From contig CAZJEQ010000003.1 in the NCBI GenBank assembly GCA_964545165.1, positions 52,990-116,989 of the forward strand: 64,000 nt of DNA, given 5' to 3'. Position numbers and translations under genes: made by a program. Origin of the DNA: an uncultured Candidatus Saccharibacteria bacterium. GTDB lineage: Bacteria > Patescibacteriota > Minisyncoccia > Phycocordibacterales > UBA2100. A model generated the notes under the pieces. The model did no database searches, was not told the DNA's origin, and saw nothing but the letters and a program-made list of their open reading frames with translations. Positions 28,719-38,982 of the stretch are shown here, in pieces (the first letter of the stretch is position 1; the number at the start of each line of letters is the position of its first letter).

Positions 28719-29591
28719 TTATTTTACCCCGCGCTTTTTAGTGACGCCTGCTCCGTAGACGCCTTGCAAGAGATTGAGATCTTTTTTGGTCGCGAGAAGG
28801 AGCGCGATATTTTTCTGCTCAAGTGAGGCCAAGACCGCATTCCCTGCCTTGTCACCTACCTGCTTAGCATAGAGCTTTCGGAGTGCTGCGAAATCCTTGA
28901 TGAAACACGCACCACCTGCGCCACGACCGCTTTTGTGAATCGGACGCGCATATCGATTCGATACATACGGATCTGCCTCGATGGTTTGCTGAATGACATT
29001 CCAATCGCCGTTGAATGACTTCGTAAGATCGTACAAAAGATTCGACAGCATGACCTGGAAATAGCCGTTGGCATTGTGCGCATACTTCGCGATTTCTCCC
29101 TCATCCGAATCGCAGATGATAGAAAACGGTGCTTTCGCGAGCGTCGAGAGAACGAGCTTCGCCGCCACTTTATGTTTTGCGCCCGCGGTCGGCATGCCGA
29201 CGATGTTGGAAAATGGGTGTGCTGCATCGTATGCCGCGGTTGCGACGGAGAGAAACTCCGGAGACGACAACACGATCACGCGTGGATTTTGCTTCTGGAG
29301 TTTCTTTGTAGTGCCGGGAAGCAACGTCGATTTCACGACGGCAATCTTACCGTCGCCCACGAGCTTGATACCGGCATCGACAATCGAATCGTCAAATCCC
29401 TTGGGAGTCGTTGGCGTCGGTACGCAGACGAAGACAATATCGCAGGCCGAGATGGCCTCCTTGTTTTTCACGTATTTCGGCTCGAGTGAATAGCGGACGA
29501 CCGAGTAGCCGCGCTTCTCAAAATCGTCCGCGTAATTGCCGCCGACGAAGCCCTGGCCCACAAACCCGATAAGTGGCTTTTTGCCTTTCAT
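28719..29591 (-). CDS. UDP-glucose/GDP-mannose dehydrogenase family protein, short form lacking the C-terminal domain
   Basis: Motifs GQGFVG, VCVPTP, KST..PGTT, SPEFL, EIAKYAHN and GGACFIKD; only 290 aa. Confidence 0.85.
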   Translation of the reverse strand: MKGKKPLIGFVGQGFVGGNYADDFEKRGYSVVRYSLEPKYVKNKEAISACDIVFVCVPTPTTPKGFDDSIVDAGIKLVGDGKIAVVKSTLLPGTTKKLQKQNPRVIVLSSPEFLSVATAAYDAAHPFSNIVGMPTAGAKHKVAAKLVLSTLAKAPFSIICDSDEGEIAKYAHNANGYFQVMLSNLLYDLTKSFNGDWNVIQQTIEADPYVSNRYARPIHKSGRGAGGACFIKDFAALRKLYAKQVGDKAGNAVLASLEQKNIALLLATKKDLNLLQGVYGAGVTKKRGVK

Positions 29592-29679
29592 TAGGGCGTA
29601 TTATGGTCATTTTTAACGCTCATGCAAATGAGCGTGCCGCCCATTTCCCTGGGCCCATTGCCGTACTACAATCACTCGC

Positions 29680-30645
29680 ATGGCACTGCGCGCACGCGAT
29701 ATCCGCACGCTCCTCTTTTCGGCGCTCGATCTTCTGCAACTTCCACGCCTCGTGCAGACCACCGCGCCTCGTATTCTGCTCTATCACGGGGTGACCGACG
29801 AGCACGGTGAAGGCATTTTCAACTATCGCGGTAAATTCGTGACGACGCGCGCTTTCCGCGCGCACCTCACGTACTTCAAACGCACCTTCGAGGTCGTGGG
29901 ACTCGCCGAACAGGTGGAGCGCATCAAGGCGGGCACTGCCGCGCGTACGTTGTCGATCACGTTCGACGATGGCTATGCCAACAATTATCACGAGGCATTC
30001 CCTATTCTGCGCGAGCTTGGTGTGCCAGCGACATTTTTCGTGACGACCGACTTTGTCGACAAGAAGCAGCCGCTTCCGGTCGACATCATTGAGTACGCAA
30101 TCGGCGCGGCCAGTGGATCACGCGAGGACCGCATCAAGACAGATCTCGCACTGCGCCAAAAGATGAAGGCACTCCCCGTAGCGGACGCGCGTGCACTCTT
30201 GGAAGAGGTCATCCGCACATACGGCCGCGATCTGCGCATAGATATCGAGCGCACATCGTATCGCCCGCTGACCTGGCAGCAAGTAGCAGAGATGGAATCG
30301 GCTGGCATGACCTTTGCACCGCATACGCGTACGCACCCCATCCTCTCTCGCCTCTCACAAAGTGAGGCGCGCGAGGAGATCGTCGGATCAAAAGAGGCGC
30401 TTGCCGCACATGCCGCGCATCCGCTCAATATCTTCGCCTGTCCCAACGGCGGCACAGACGACTTTACCGCCGAGACGATCGAGATCCTCAAGACAGCGGG
30501 ATTCGCCGCCTCGCTCACGACCGACGCGCGCGCCATCGTACCGACCGACGACGCATTTGCCTTGCCGCGCTTCACGATGGATGGCGCCAACGACATGTCC
30601 CGCGCGAGACTGATCGTCAGCGGTCTCTACAATAAGCTCACGTAA
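29680..30645 (+). CDS. Polysaccharide deacetylase (CE4/NodB-like)
   Basis: Motifs LLYHGV, ITFDDGY, HTRTHPIL and FACPNG. Confidence 0.9.
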   Translation: MALRARDIRTLLFSALDLLQLPRLVQTTAPRILLYHGVTDEHGEGIFNYRGKFVTTRAFRAHLTYFKRTFEVVGLAEQVERIKAGTAARTLSITFDDGYANNYHEAFPILRELGVPATFFVTTDFVDKKQPLPVDIIEYAIGAASGSREDRIKTDLALRQKMKALPVADARALLEEVIRTYGRDLRIDIERTSYRPLTWQQVAEMESAGMTFAPHTRTHPILSRLSQSEAREEIVGSKEALAAHAAHPLNIFACPNGGTDDFTAETIEILKTAGFAASLTTDARAIVPTDDAFALPRFTMDGANDMSRARLIVSGLYNKLT

Positions 30646-31507
30646 TGATGCGGCGCAGAAGTGCTCGCACGACGCGCTGCACAAGTGCGAGGGCTCGGTG
30701 CGCAGGGCTGCCAAAAGTGCGCGAGACGATGTAGTGCTCGACACCACCAAACCCTTTTTTGAAATCGAGATGCGATTTGTCGTGCGCACCGGTGAGCCCA
30801 AAGTCGATGACCCGCGCTCCTTCGGTGATCGCGAGACGAATCATTTCGTCGTAGACGAGATTATTCACCCGCTGTGGCCAGCGGGAGGGGTCTGAGACGT
30901 TTTCCAAGAGATGTACGTATTCGCTGTGCACAATGTATACGGTGCTTCCCACGATCTTCTCGCCATCTCGTGCAACAACACAGCGCAGCGTATCGCCAAA
31001 GCACGCTTCAAGAGTTTTGAAATATTCGAGCCCGTGGGGCTTGGAGCCCAATCGGCCACGCGTCTCGAGATACAGATCGTGCCAGCCTGCTGGAATGGAT
31101 CCCCGTAAGACTTCGAGTGTAAACGAGGCTTCGCGCGCTCGCCTTGTCTGATTGCGCGTCTTGCCGTCGTAGAGATCCATGCGCGACTCGGCACGCATGC
31201 CTGGAGGGACAGCGAGCACGGGATGGAGATGTCGCGCGCGGAAGCGGTCTTGCGGGAGCGAAAAGCAACCCTCGACGACACCGTGTCTTCGCCCAATGAT
31301 CTCGGCTCGCTGTACAATCGCGGCACTGTCGCCAACAGTATAGAAACTTCCCCATCCGCCCCAAAAGAGTTTACCCCGGCTATCACGGTAGAGCGGCATG
31401 CCCTCTTCCTCAGCAACAAATGTCACACCAAATGCACGCTGCAAGAACGTAGCTGCGCCAGGATGCCGTGAGAGGCCGTACGTGGTCATATTGCCATATG
31501 GTGCCAC
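30638..31507 (-). CDS. GNAT/FemAB-like acyltransferase
   Basis: Motifs KTRNQTRRA, DFGLT and FKKGFGG. Confidence 0.75.
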   Translation of the reverse strand: MAPYGNMTTYGLSRHPGAATFLQRAFGVTFVAEEEGMPLYRDSRGKLFWGGWGSFYTVGDSAAIVQRAEIIGRRHGVVEGCFSLPQDRFRARHLHPVLAVPPGMRAESRMDLYDGKTRNQTRRAREASFTLEVLRGSIPAGWHDLYLETRGRLGSKPHGLEYFKTLEACFGDTLRCVVARDGEKIVGSTVYIVHSEYVHLLENVSDPSRWPQRVNNLVYDEMIRLAITEGARVIDFGLTGAHDKSHLDFKKGFGGVEHYIVSRTFGSPAHRALALVQRVVRALLRRIIT

Positions 31508-32688
31508 TCATTCACTGCTTTTGCGATGGCAAGCGCATCCGCTTTCGAGACATGCCGATGCGTCGGCAGATTGGCGATATGCTCAGCCATCTTCTCTGCC
31601 GTCGGACACTCGCCGGCGTACGAGGTGAGTGGCAAAACCTTTTTAGGGGCGACCGGCGCGTCGTACCACGTGTCGTGAATATCCACGCCGATTTTCTTGA
31701 GTGTCGCGATAAGGCCCTCTCTATTCCTTACGCGAACGGGGAAGCGCAGTACGGTAGCGTGTGGGATCGCGGCACATGCCTCGGCGAGCACAAGAGCCTG
31801 CTCGAGCTCTCGCGTATAGATCGCGGCAATCTCTCGGCGGTGCGCGATATCTTTCTCAAGACCGATGAGCACTTCCAGCGTGCGCCTGCAGAGCGCATCG
31901 GGCAATTCGCGTGCCTGCTTCTTCTTTTGTGAAGACTGCGTGGCGGGCTGCATTTTGTAGAAGGACCGGAGCAGTGCCTGTATGCCTTTGCCGAGACCGA
32001 TGGGGTAGGTCATGCGGATGATGACCGTGATGAGGAGGTACAGACGATTTTTCATCTGCTGAGAAAATGTCACGGGCGTGCGAGCCACAGAAATGTGCGA
32101 CTGGTATGCGGCGTTGCGCACTACCAACGCACCACCAGAAATCGCATCTACGATTTTGTCCTGGCTGAAGGACAGCATGGTGAGATCCCCCATGGTACCC
32201 ACCTCCTCTCCCGAGTCGTAGCGCGTACCCACCGAATGCGCGAGATCTTCGATAAGCACGACGCCACGCTCTTTGCAGAGCTGTGCTATGGCGCCAATCT
32301 CGCACGGAAATCCGAGCGTGTTTTGTATGATCGCGACTTTGATATCTGGATTCTTATCGAGTGCTGCGCGGAGTGTATCGGCAGAGAAATTGAGCGATGT
32401 CTCAGTGATATCGAGATAGCGGGGCACATATCCGCTTTTCACGACTGCTTCGTATACCGCAAAACATGTAAACCCATTGATAGCGACCCCGGAGCCGGGT
32501 GCACCAATTGCATCGAGTGCGAGACCAAGTGCTTCGCGCCCCTTATAGGTCAAAAAGGTCTTACCGCCGTATCGCGTATCAAGCAGGTCGATGAGTCGCT
32601 GACGCGCACCTGTGCTGCCCACAGAAAACAACACGCGTAGCGCCGACACGAACGTGTAGTTGGAGCCCAAAGAATTAAAGATGTTCAT
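31486..32688 (-). CDS. DegT-like PLP-dependent aminotransferase
   Basis: Motifs KGREAL, LIEDLAH, SFSQDK...SGGAL and NLPTH. Start trimmed to MNIFN at 32688. Confidence 0.85.
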   Translation of the reverse strand: MNIFNSLGSNYTFVSALRVLFSVGSTGARQRLIDLLDTRYGGKTFLTYKGREALGLALDAIGAPGSGVAINGFTCFAVYEAVVKSGYVPRYLDITETSLNFSADTLRAALDKNPDIKVAIIQNTLGFPCEIGAIAQLCKERGVVLIEDLAHSVGTRYDSGEEVGTMGDLTMLSFSQDKIVDAISGGALVVRNAAYQSHISVARTPVTFSQQMKNRLYLLITVIIRMTYPIGLGKGIQALLRSFYKMQPATQSSQKKKQARELPDALCRRTLEVLIGLEKDIAHRREIAAIYTRELEQALVLAEACAAIPHATVLRFPVRVRNREGLIATLKKIGVDIHDTWYDAPVAPKKVLPLTSYAGECPTAEKMAEHIANLPTHRHVSKADALAIAKAVNEWHHMAI

Positions 32689-32794
32689 GTTGTGTACGTG
32701 CGCATTGTGCGGCTCTGCCTGTGAAAGATCAATTCTCCGGATGTGCGTGCACCTCTCCGCGGGCCATGCCATAGTGGTCTCATATTTACTTCGT

Positions 32795-33439
32795 ATGGAC
32801 GTGACGAAACAATCATTTGAGAGTGCCGCCGGCGTTCAGGCGATGAATGTCCATGGATTACGCGATGGGGAGGAGCGCATCATTACCCATTTCGCTCCCG
32901 CGAGCCGCATACTCGATATTGGATGCGGTACGGGCCGTACCACCGCCATATTGAAAGACCGCGGATTCAACGTGGTCGGTATGGACTACTCGGCGGCAAT
33001 GATCGCGAAAGCGCGCGCGCAGCGACCTGATATTACATACGATGTTATGGATGCATCCGCACTCTCATACGCCGATGCGTCCTTCGACAATGCATTCTTT
33101 TCGTATAACGGCCTCGGCTTTGTGTATCCCGAGGCAGCACGCCTCAAAGCGCTCTCGGAGATCCATCGCATCCTCAAGCCCGGTGGTATCTTCGCCTATT
33201 CATCACATCGCTTAGTCATGCCCAACACAATCGGCCGCTTAAAGAATGATCTTATGTCGATGATGCACGGCTACGTGTACCCCTATCATCGCACCGCAGA
33301 GCAGGGCGAGTCGATTGTGATGATCGGCTATCGAGGCTCAAAGGCGCGGCAGATTGCGCAGCTGAAAGCGGCGGGTTTCGAGCTTCTTGAATGCTTCACG
33401 GCCAAAGACGATTTCTATATTTGTCGCAAATCTCGCTAG
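32795..33439 (+). CDS. Class I SAM-dependent methyltransferase
   Basis: Motifs ILDIGCGTG, MDYS, SFD and RILKPGG. Start trimmed to MDVTK at 32795. Confidence 0.88.
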   Translation: MDVTKQSFESAAGVQAMNVHGLRDGEERIITHFAPASRILDIGCGTGRTTAILKDRGFNVVGMDYSAAMIAKARAQRPDITYDVMDASALSYADASFDNAFFSYNGLGFVYPEAARLKALSEIHRILKPGGIFAYSSHRLVMPNTIGRLKNDLMSMMHGYVYPYHRTAEQGESIVMIGYRGSKARQIAQLKAAGFELLECFTAKDDFYICRKSR

Positions 33440-35568
33440 AGTCTTCCGATCCAACCTTTGAGGCGCAGCGTGACGAACGAGACAAGGAGCATAAGTCCAT
33501 GACGAACGGGGAAGAGCTTGCTCTCTCCGATACGGACACGGTACGGAATGTGATACTCCGCAAAACGTACGCCTGGCGCGCGTGCGGCACGTATTTTGAT
33601 TTCTTGTGAGAAGGGCATGTCATCACTCTCCGGCATGATGCGATCAATGAGATCCCGCTTGAAAACCCACATTCCTGATTGTGAATCGCTCAGCGAGAGT
33701 AGGAAGAGCGTGTTCGCGATAAAGGTAAATCCCCAATTGCCGAGGCGGCGGATCATGGTCATCGATTCGCTATTGGTCAGCGGGAATCGCGAGGCGGATA
33801 CGAAATCCAGGTCATTGTCATTGAGGAATTTGAGGATCTGTGGCAACTCCTCTGCGGGATACTGATTGTCCGCATCGAATGAGGCGATGATGCGCCCTTC
33901 CGCGGAGCGGAATCCACACGCGAGCGCCGCACCATACCCCTGTTTGTCTTCGCGCACGACACGCGCGCCATTTTCTGTGGCAACCTGCGCACTGTTGTCG
34001 GTCGAATTATTGTCGACCAACACGATTTCGCGGACACCCTTCGGGATGGCGGCAATGACCGGACGAATAGAATGTTCTTCGTTGTAACAAGGAATGACCA
34101 CTGACACCTCAGCAAGCGTCGCACCGGGATGAGTGGTATCACGCGTACGCTCGTTCTTCGCCTTCTGCATGCGCGACACAATAGCATATGCACCGACTAC
34201 CGCGAGAATCGCGATGTACGGCGCGGCCGGAACCCGATAGCGCGCCATGGCAAGCGGCCCCGTGAGGATCGCAAAATAGCCGATGAGGCCGGCGAGGATG
34301 AGTATTTCGATACGTCGCCAATTTATGGCCCAGCCGATCAAAGCGAGGAGCGTCAGCGCGAGGAGTACGAGACTCTCGAGAATGATGGGCAGCGCAAAGC
34401 TGATCGCTCGCAGATCAGCGGGGAGTGCGAGTGCCTCTTTGACCGTATTGAGTGTCGACGAGGTAAATCCAACATTGTCGCGCTGCTGCGCAAGGATTTG
34501 CTTATAGGCGGTAGCGCTCCCACTCAGAAAATAAATAGGTAGATGCGCAAGGTGGAACTGCGCGTAATGCAGCGGATCGGCACTGATGAAGTACTTGGCG
34601 AGGGCACCATCATAATTATCGGCGCGCTCACCTACTGGTACGATCTGCGCCTGCGCTGCGGCAATATCGCGATCGACCGCGGCAAATTCAGGTGCTTCAA
34701 GATGCCGCGCAGGGTAAAAGACAGACGTTGGGTGTGTCTTCTCCATTTCGCGCCATGCCAAAAAATCACGCACAAACCAAAACATCAGATTCCCCGATCC
34801 CCCGTGCGCGATCTCAGCCTTGCCGAAAATCGCATGATTGCGCATAAGCCACGGCGTCAGCAAGATCGCGATGATGACGAAATACACACCGATCGCGCTC
34901 AAGAGCGCACGCAGACGCACCTCACGTGCGACATACTCTTTGACCACCAAGGCTACTGGCAAGACAAGGATGAGGAATTGTCCGATCGCGCGATTGAGCG
35001 TTGCAATCGCGACCAGTGCGCCGACCAGTGCCCAGCGGAAAAAAAGCGTCGGACGCGAGGTAAAGAACGCAAGATAGATCGCTAAAACGATGAGTGATGC
35101 GAAGAGTCCGTCGGACATAATAGTGGTATTCGAAAACACCACCATCGGATCAAGACCAAACATCAACGCGGCGAGTACCGCGAATGCGGGCGGCACAAAG
35201 CGTCGAGCCACCAGATATACGAGCGCAGCGGCGAGGAGCGCGAGCAACGTTTGAATAACAACGGTAGGAGTAAAAGAGCCGGTCACCGCTTTCACGGCAG
35301 CGAGAAATGCTGGGTAGCCAGGCGGCCACATGCGGTGCGGTGTCAAATCCGGCAGATCCGCAAAAACGCCATGCTCAAGGAGCGTATCCGCATACTGCGC
35401 ATAGGAGAGCGAGTCTCCAGGCACGATCGGATAGACGGGCACCATCGCATTGCCTGCTGAAGCCACGCTCATGTAGACAAACGAAAGCAGGTGCGCGCAC
35501 AGCACGAGGAGGACAACAAAAATGATGAGCGTGCGGTCGCGCGAGCGAAGATCAGGGAGGGCTTCCAT
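33436..35568 (-). CDS. Fusion of a GT-C (ArnT/PMT-2-like) membrane domain and a GT2 (polyprenol-phosphate sugar synthase-like) domain
   Basis: N-terminal polytopic part with PPGYP, MSDGLF, PWLMRN and RYRVP. C-terminal part with VVIPCYNEE, VDNNSTD, GYG, FDADNQY, DSQSG and RIGESK. Confidence 0.88.
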   Translation of the reverse strand: MEALPDLRSRDRTLIIFVVLLVLCAHLLSFVYMSVASAGNAMVPVYPIVPGDSLSYAQYADTLLEHGVFADLPDLTPHRMWPPGYPAFLAAVKAVTGSFTPTVVIQTLLALLAAALVYLVARRFVPPAFAVLAALMFGLDPMVVFSNTTIMSDGLFASLIVLAIYLAFFTSRPTLFFRWALVGALVAIATLNRAIGQFLILVLPVALVVKEYVAREVRLRALLSAIGVYFVIIAILLTPWLMRNHAIFGKAEIAHGGSGNLMFWFVRDFLAWREMEKTHPTSVFYPARHLEAPEFAAVDRDIAAAQAQIVPVGERADNYDGALAKYFISADPLHYAQFHLAHLPIYFLSGSATAYKQILAQQRDNVGFTSSTLNTVKEALALPADLRAISFALPIILESLVLLALTLLALIGWAINWRRIEILILAGLIGYFAILTGPLAMARYRVPAAPYIAILAVVGAYAIVSRMQKAKNERTRDTTHPGATLAEVSVVIPCYNEEHSIRPVIAAIPKGVREIVLVDNNSTDNSAQVATENGARVVREDKQGYGAALACGFRSAEGRIIASFDADNQYPAEELPQILKFLNDNDLDFVSASRFPLTNSESMTMIRRLGNWGFTFIANTLFLLSLSDSQSGMWVFKRDLIDRIMPESDDMPFSQEIKIRAARAPGVRFAEYHIPYRVRIGESKLFPVRHGLMLLVSFVTLRLKGWIGRL

Positions 35569-35573
35569 ACGAA

Positions 35574-36644
35574 TTATCCTTGCGCTGCACGCACTGCTTT
35601 GAGGTACGCCGCTACGTATTCTTCAAATGACTGGTACGGATAGTCGCGAAGTATTCCTTCACGCTTGCCGTTTGTGAACCATTCACGAAGCGCTTCAGGA
35701 AATGCGTCCCCAGAGACGACCTGCGCACCTGCTTCGCGTGCGATGCCGACATCGGTCGAGAGAACTGGTGTGCCACTCGCGAGTGCTTCCACGATAACGA
35801 GTCCGTACCCTTCGTAGCGCGACGTCACGAGCACGAGATCCGCAACGGAATAGTAGGGAGCGGCTGCTTGTTCACCCTCGAAAAACACCCGCTCAGCGAC
35901 CTTGAGCTTGCGGACTTTATCTTCGAGGAGCGCGCGCTCGCTACCGGTGCCCACAATAATGAGGCATGCATCTGCCGGAGCCGAAAGCGCGAATGCCTCT
36001 ACAGCAAGGCACGGATGCTTCTCTCGCTCCAGACGCCCTACGAACAGCAGCTTTGTATTGAACGACGAAAAGCGCGCGGCAAGTGCTTGATGTGGCGGTG
36101 CTTGTCGCAACATCTCCACATCGGCAAATATCGGGAGTACGAAGATCGGACAACTGAAGGCACTGTGCTTCTCTATCGATCGCTTGATGCGCTCGGATAC
36201 CACACGAATACTGCCAGCACGCGCGAGGACAAAACGCGCGATCATTACACGGATGGTATTGAGGATCGAATGCGCATGGTACGCCGGGTCGAAGAGGTCG
36301 GTGTGGACCTGCACATGGAGTGGAACGCCCTGCATGCGCGCGATCACATACGCGATGAGCCCTGCTTCAAAGGGGTCCTGCGCCGAAATGACATCGGGGC
36401 GCGGGAGCCGCCGTGCAATACGCAGCGCATCAAGTCCATAGAATATCTTTGCGGCTGAATTGGTCGGATATACCGCAAGCTGCCCGCTCCTGCGCTCGGC
36501 AAACCCATCACTCACGAGCGAGAAACTAATATCGTCGAGCGCACCAAAGGCGCGGGCGTATGCTTCCTGCCGTGCGCTGCCCGCGCTTCCTGCCACCAGG
36601 TCGCCGCGCTGCGATCTGTCGGATCCGATCTGGAGGACTCTCAT
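35574..36644 (-). CDS. Glycosyltransferase family 4
   Basis: Motifs QDPFE, FVGRLEREK and EGYGLVIVEALASG. Confidence 0.9.
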   Translation of the reverse strand: MRVLQIGSDRSQRGDLVAGSAGSARQEAYARAFGALDDISFSLVSDGFAERRSGQLAVYPTNSAAKIFYGLDALRIARRLPRPDVISAQDPFEAGLIAYVIARMQGVPLHVQVHTDLFDPAYHAHSILNTIRVMIARFVLARAGSIRVVSERIKRSIEKHSAFSCPIFVLPIFADVEMLRQAPPHQALAARFSSFNTKLLFVGRLEREKHPCLAVEAFALSAPADACLIIVGTGSERALLEDKVRKLKVAERVFFEGEQAAAPYYSVADLVLVTSRYEGYGLVIVEALASGTPVLSTDVGIAREAGAQVVSGDAFPEALREWFTNGKREGILRDYPYQSFEEYVAAYLKAVRAAQG

Positions 36645-37636
36645 GCGCGCGGTGTGAGGGCAATAAATTCTCGGGCAATGTCCTCATAGGTGCGTACCTC
36701 TTGAAACGCAGCGATCGTGTGCCGCATCCGGTTGTACTCATCACCGTCGAGGAGGCGCTCAATACCCTGCGCCATGCTCTCTTCGTCGAGCGGATCAACG
36801 ATGACGCCCATACCCTTGAAATACTCGGCATAGCCGGAGTATTTGGTAAGCAAGAAGGGTTTCCCGCAACGAATCGCCTCAAGGATGAAATTCGGCGTCA
36901 CATCGGAAACAGACGGCAGCACGACCGCATACGCTTTTTTCATACGTGCCATGACCTCGTCATGCGGCACCGTACCTTCTTCAAGCACGATATCGGGATG
37001 CTGCGCGCGTACGCGGTCAAAGGCGCGACGGAAAGCAGGCGCATTCTTGAGCTTGATCTGTCGCCCGAAATAGATGAAATTCTTTTGTGTAGCAGGCACA
37101 CCACCGAGCTTCTCAGGCATCGCATTTTCAATCACGTGCGTATGATCCTCATCGAGCAGGTACGCCTCGCCCCAGATCCGCTTCTGCCACTCCGATGAAA
37201 AGGCAACATCTACATTCTGCAAAACAAACTGCGTCACACGATAAAGTAATCGCTCCTTTCCATTCCATTTCTCTTGCTGTTGATAGAAGCTCGGAAGCGG
37301 CACCAAATCACCCGTACGCTCCACGTAGCGCTCCCAGATAAAATCACCGCCAATGCGCGCGACCGTGCACACACCACGCACCTGCTTCACGATGGCCGCC
37401 GGTAGGCCCGTCGTCATCGTGTCGAAGGCAATCACAAGGTCCGCCCCGATCGAGGCGCGCACGAGTCGGATGGTGTAGACCAGGTGGCGAATACCGCTCG
37501 GATACTTGATTGCACTAAAAACTTGGAGGTCCACCGTGTGACCCATCTTCTCGAGGGCGTCTTTGAGCCCCTTCGCATAGGTCGCAGGACCGCCGATATC
37601 CGGCGGGAAAATACTCGTGGCGAGCACGATCTTCAT
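36641..37636 (-). CDS. Glycosyltransferase family 4
   Basis: Motifs FPPDIGGPATY, FGRQIKLKN and PNFILEA. Confidence 0.88.
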   Translation of the reverse strand: MKIVLATSIFPPDIGGPATYAKGLKDALEKMGHTVDLQVFSAIKYPSGIRHLVYTIRLVRASIGADLVIAFDTMTTGLPAAIVKQVRGVCTVARIGGDFIWERYVERTGDLVPLPSFYQQQEKWNGKERLLYRVTQFVLQNVDVAFSSEWQKRIWGEAYLLDEDHTHVIENAMPEKLGGVPATQKNFIYFGRQIKLKNAPAFRRAFDRVRAQHPDIVLEEGTVPHDEVMARMKKAYAVVLPSVSDVTPNFILEAIRCGKPFLLTKYSGYAEYFKGMGVIVDPLDEESMAQGIERLLDGDEYNRMRHTIAAFQEVRTYEDIAREFIALTPRA

Positions 37637-37693
37637 GGACGTAACTATACCCCGTGAGATATGCGCTCGGAATACCCAGGAAAATGTACACCT

Positions 37694-38911
37694 TTACCTC
37701 ACGTGATGTATCAAAAGCGCCTCAAATACGCGCTCTTTCATTGCCTTAGCGATCACACTCCAATCGTACTTCTCAGCGACGAGCTTTTTTGCACTGTCGA
37801 CAACGTGCTTGACCAAGACTGGGTTCTGCATGTAGCGCTCCACAGCGCGCGCGATAGATGCGGGATCTTGCACCGCACAAAAGACGCCTGTCTCACCATC
37901 GGTGAGAAAATCTGGGATGCCACCGACGGGTGTTGCGACAACGGGAATCCCTGCGGCAAATGCTTCTACGAATGAATTGCCGAATCCCTCGATGATGGAG
38001 GGGCGCACAAAGATGTCTGATATCTGGTAGAGCGCGGGGAGCGTCTCATGCCCGATGTGTCCTGCCCATATGACGCGGTCGCTGACACCCGATTCCTCGG
38101 CGATGCGCTCAAGCGCTGCGTGATCCTCCCCGCTCCCCGCGACGAGGAGCTTCACATTGGCAGGCAGATGTGGGAGTGCGCGGATGATGTCTTCCACGCC
38201 TCGCGACAAGACGAGTCGCGAGGCAGTGAAGAGAAAGACATCACCCATGTGTTTATTGAAACGGACCTTCAGCTCCATCGCCCGCTCTTCCGAGATTCGC
38301 TCGGAAAACTTCGCGACGTCCACGGCATTTGGAATCACTTCGATGCGCTTGGTATAGCCGAGCATACGCATCTCTTTGGCAATGAAATTCGAAATCGCTT
38401 TTACGAGATCGGCCTTTAGGTAGATCTGTTTGTAAAGGGGCCAGATGAGCGCGAGGAGTGGGCGACGAGTAGCCATCTCCACGAGCGCTCGCCCATCCTG
38501 CAATTCGAGATAATACGGTGTCTTGGGATGCGTCCACTTGAAGAAGAGCGCGGCGAATGCCGCCTGATTGGCCATCAGCGCCCAGGTCATGTCGTATCGC
38601 TGCTCGGCATGCAGACGCAGTGCTGTGAAAAATGCCGTGAAGGGAAATAGCGCCTTGGCCATTTTGAGCGCGAAGGGGAGTGCGCGATCGGAGACTTTTG
38701 CATTCGCGACGGTAAAACCGATGCGATGCACCGTGATATTCCCTACCCGCTCGACTCGCGGCAAGGCGCTATCGAAGCGCAGTGTAATCATGTCGAACTG
38801 GTACTCATTCGGATCGAGTCGATCGGTGATCTCTTTCATCGCCACCTCTGCCCCACCAACATATGGGAAATACGTGAGGGAAAATATGAGAATCCGTTTC
38901 ATTGCTGTCAT
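37694..38911 (-). CDS. Glycosyltransferase family 4
   Basis: Motifs YFPYVGGAE, IPNAVD and EGFGNSFVEAFAAG. The true start may be 38902. Confidence 0.9.
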   Translation of the reverse strand: MTAMKRILIFSLTYFPYVGGAEVAMKEITDRLDPNEYQFDMITLRFDSALPRVERVGNITVHRIGFTVANAKVSDRALPFALKMAKALFPFTAFFTALRLHAEQRYDMTWALMANQAAFAALFFKWTHPKTPYYLELQDGRALVEMATRRPLLALIWPLYKQIYLKADLVKAISNFIAKEMRMLGYTKRIEVIPNAVDVAKFSERISEERAMELKVRFNKHMGDVFLFTASRLVLSRGVEDIIRALPHLPANVKLLVAGSGEDHAALERIAEESGVSDRVIWAGHIGHETLPALYQISDIFVRPSIIEGFGNSFVEAFAAGIPVVATPVGGIPDFLTDGETGVFCAVQDPASIARAVERYMQNPVLVKHVVDSAKKLVAEKYDWSVIAKAMKERVFEALLIHHVR

Positions 38912-38928
38912 CCTAGCGGGTATTCATA

Positions 38929-38966
38929 AAAACCGAAAGCGCGTCACGACCAAATGTCGTGACGCG
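38929..38966 (-). terminator. Intrinsic terminator
   Basis: Perfect 11-bp stem CGCGTCACGAC/GTCGTGACGCG followed by CTTTCGGTTTTT on the minus strand. Confidence 0.7.
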
Positions 38967-38982
38967 TAGAGATCAGGGAATT

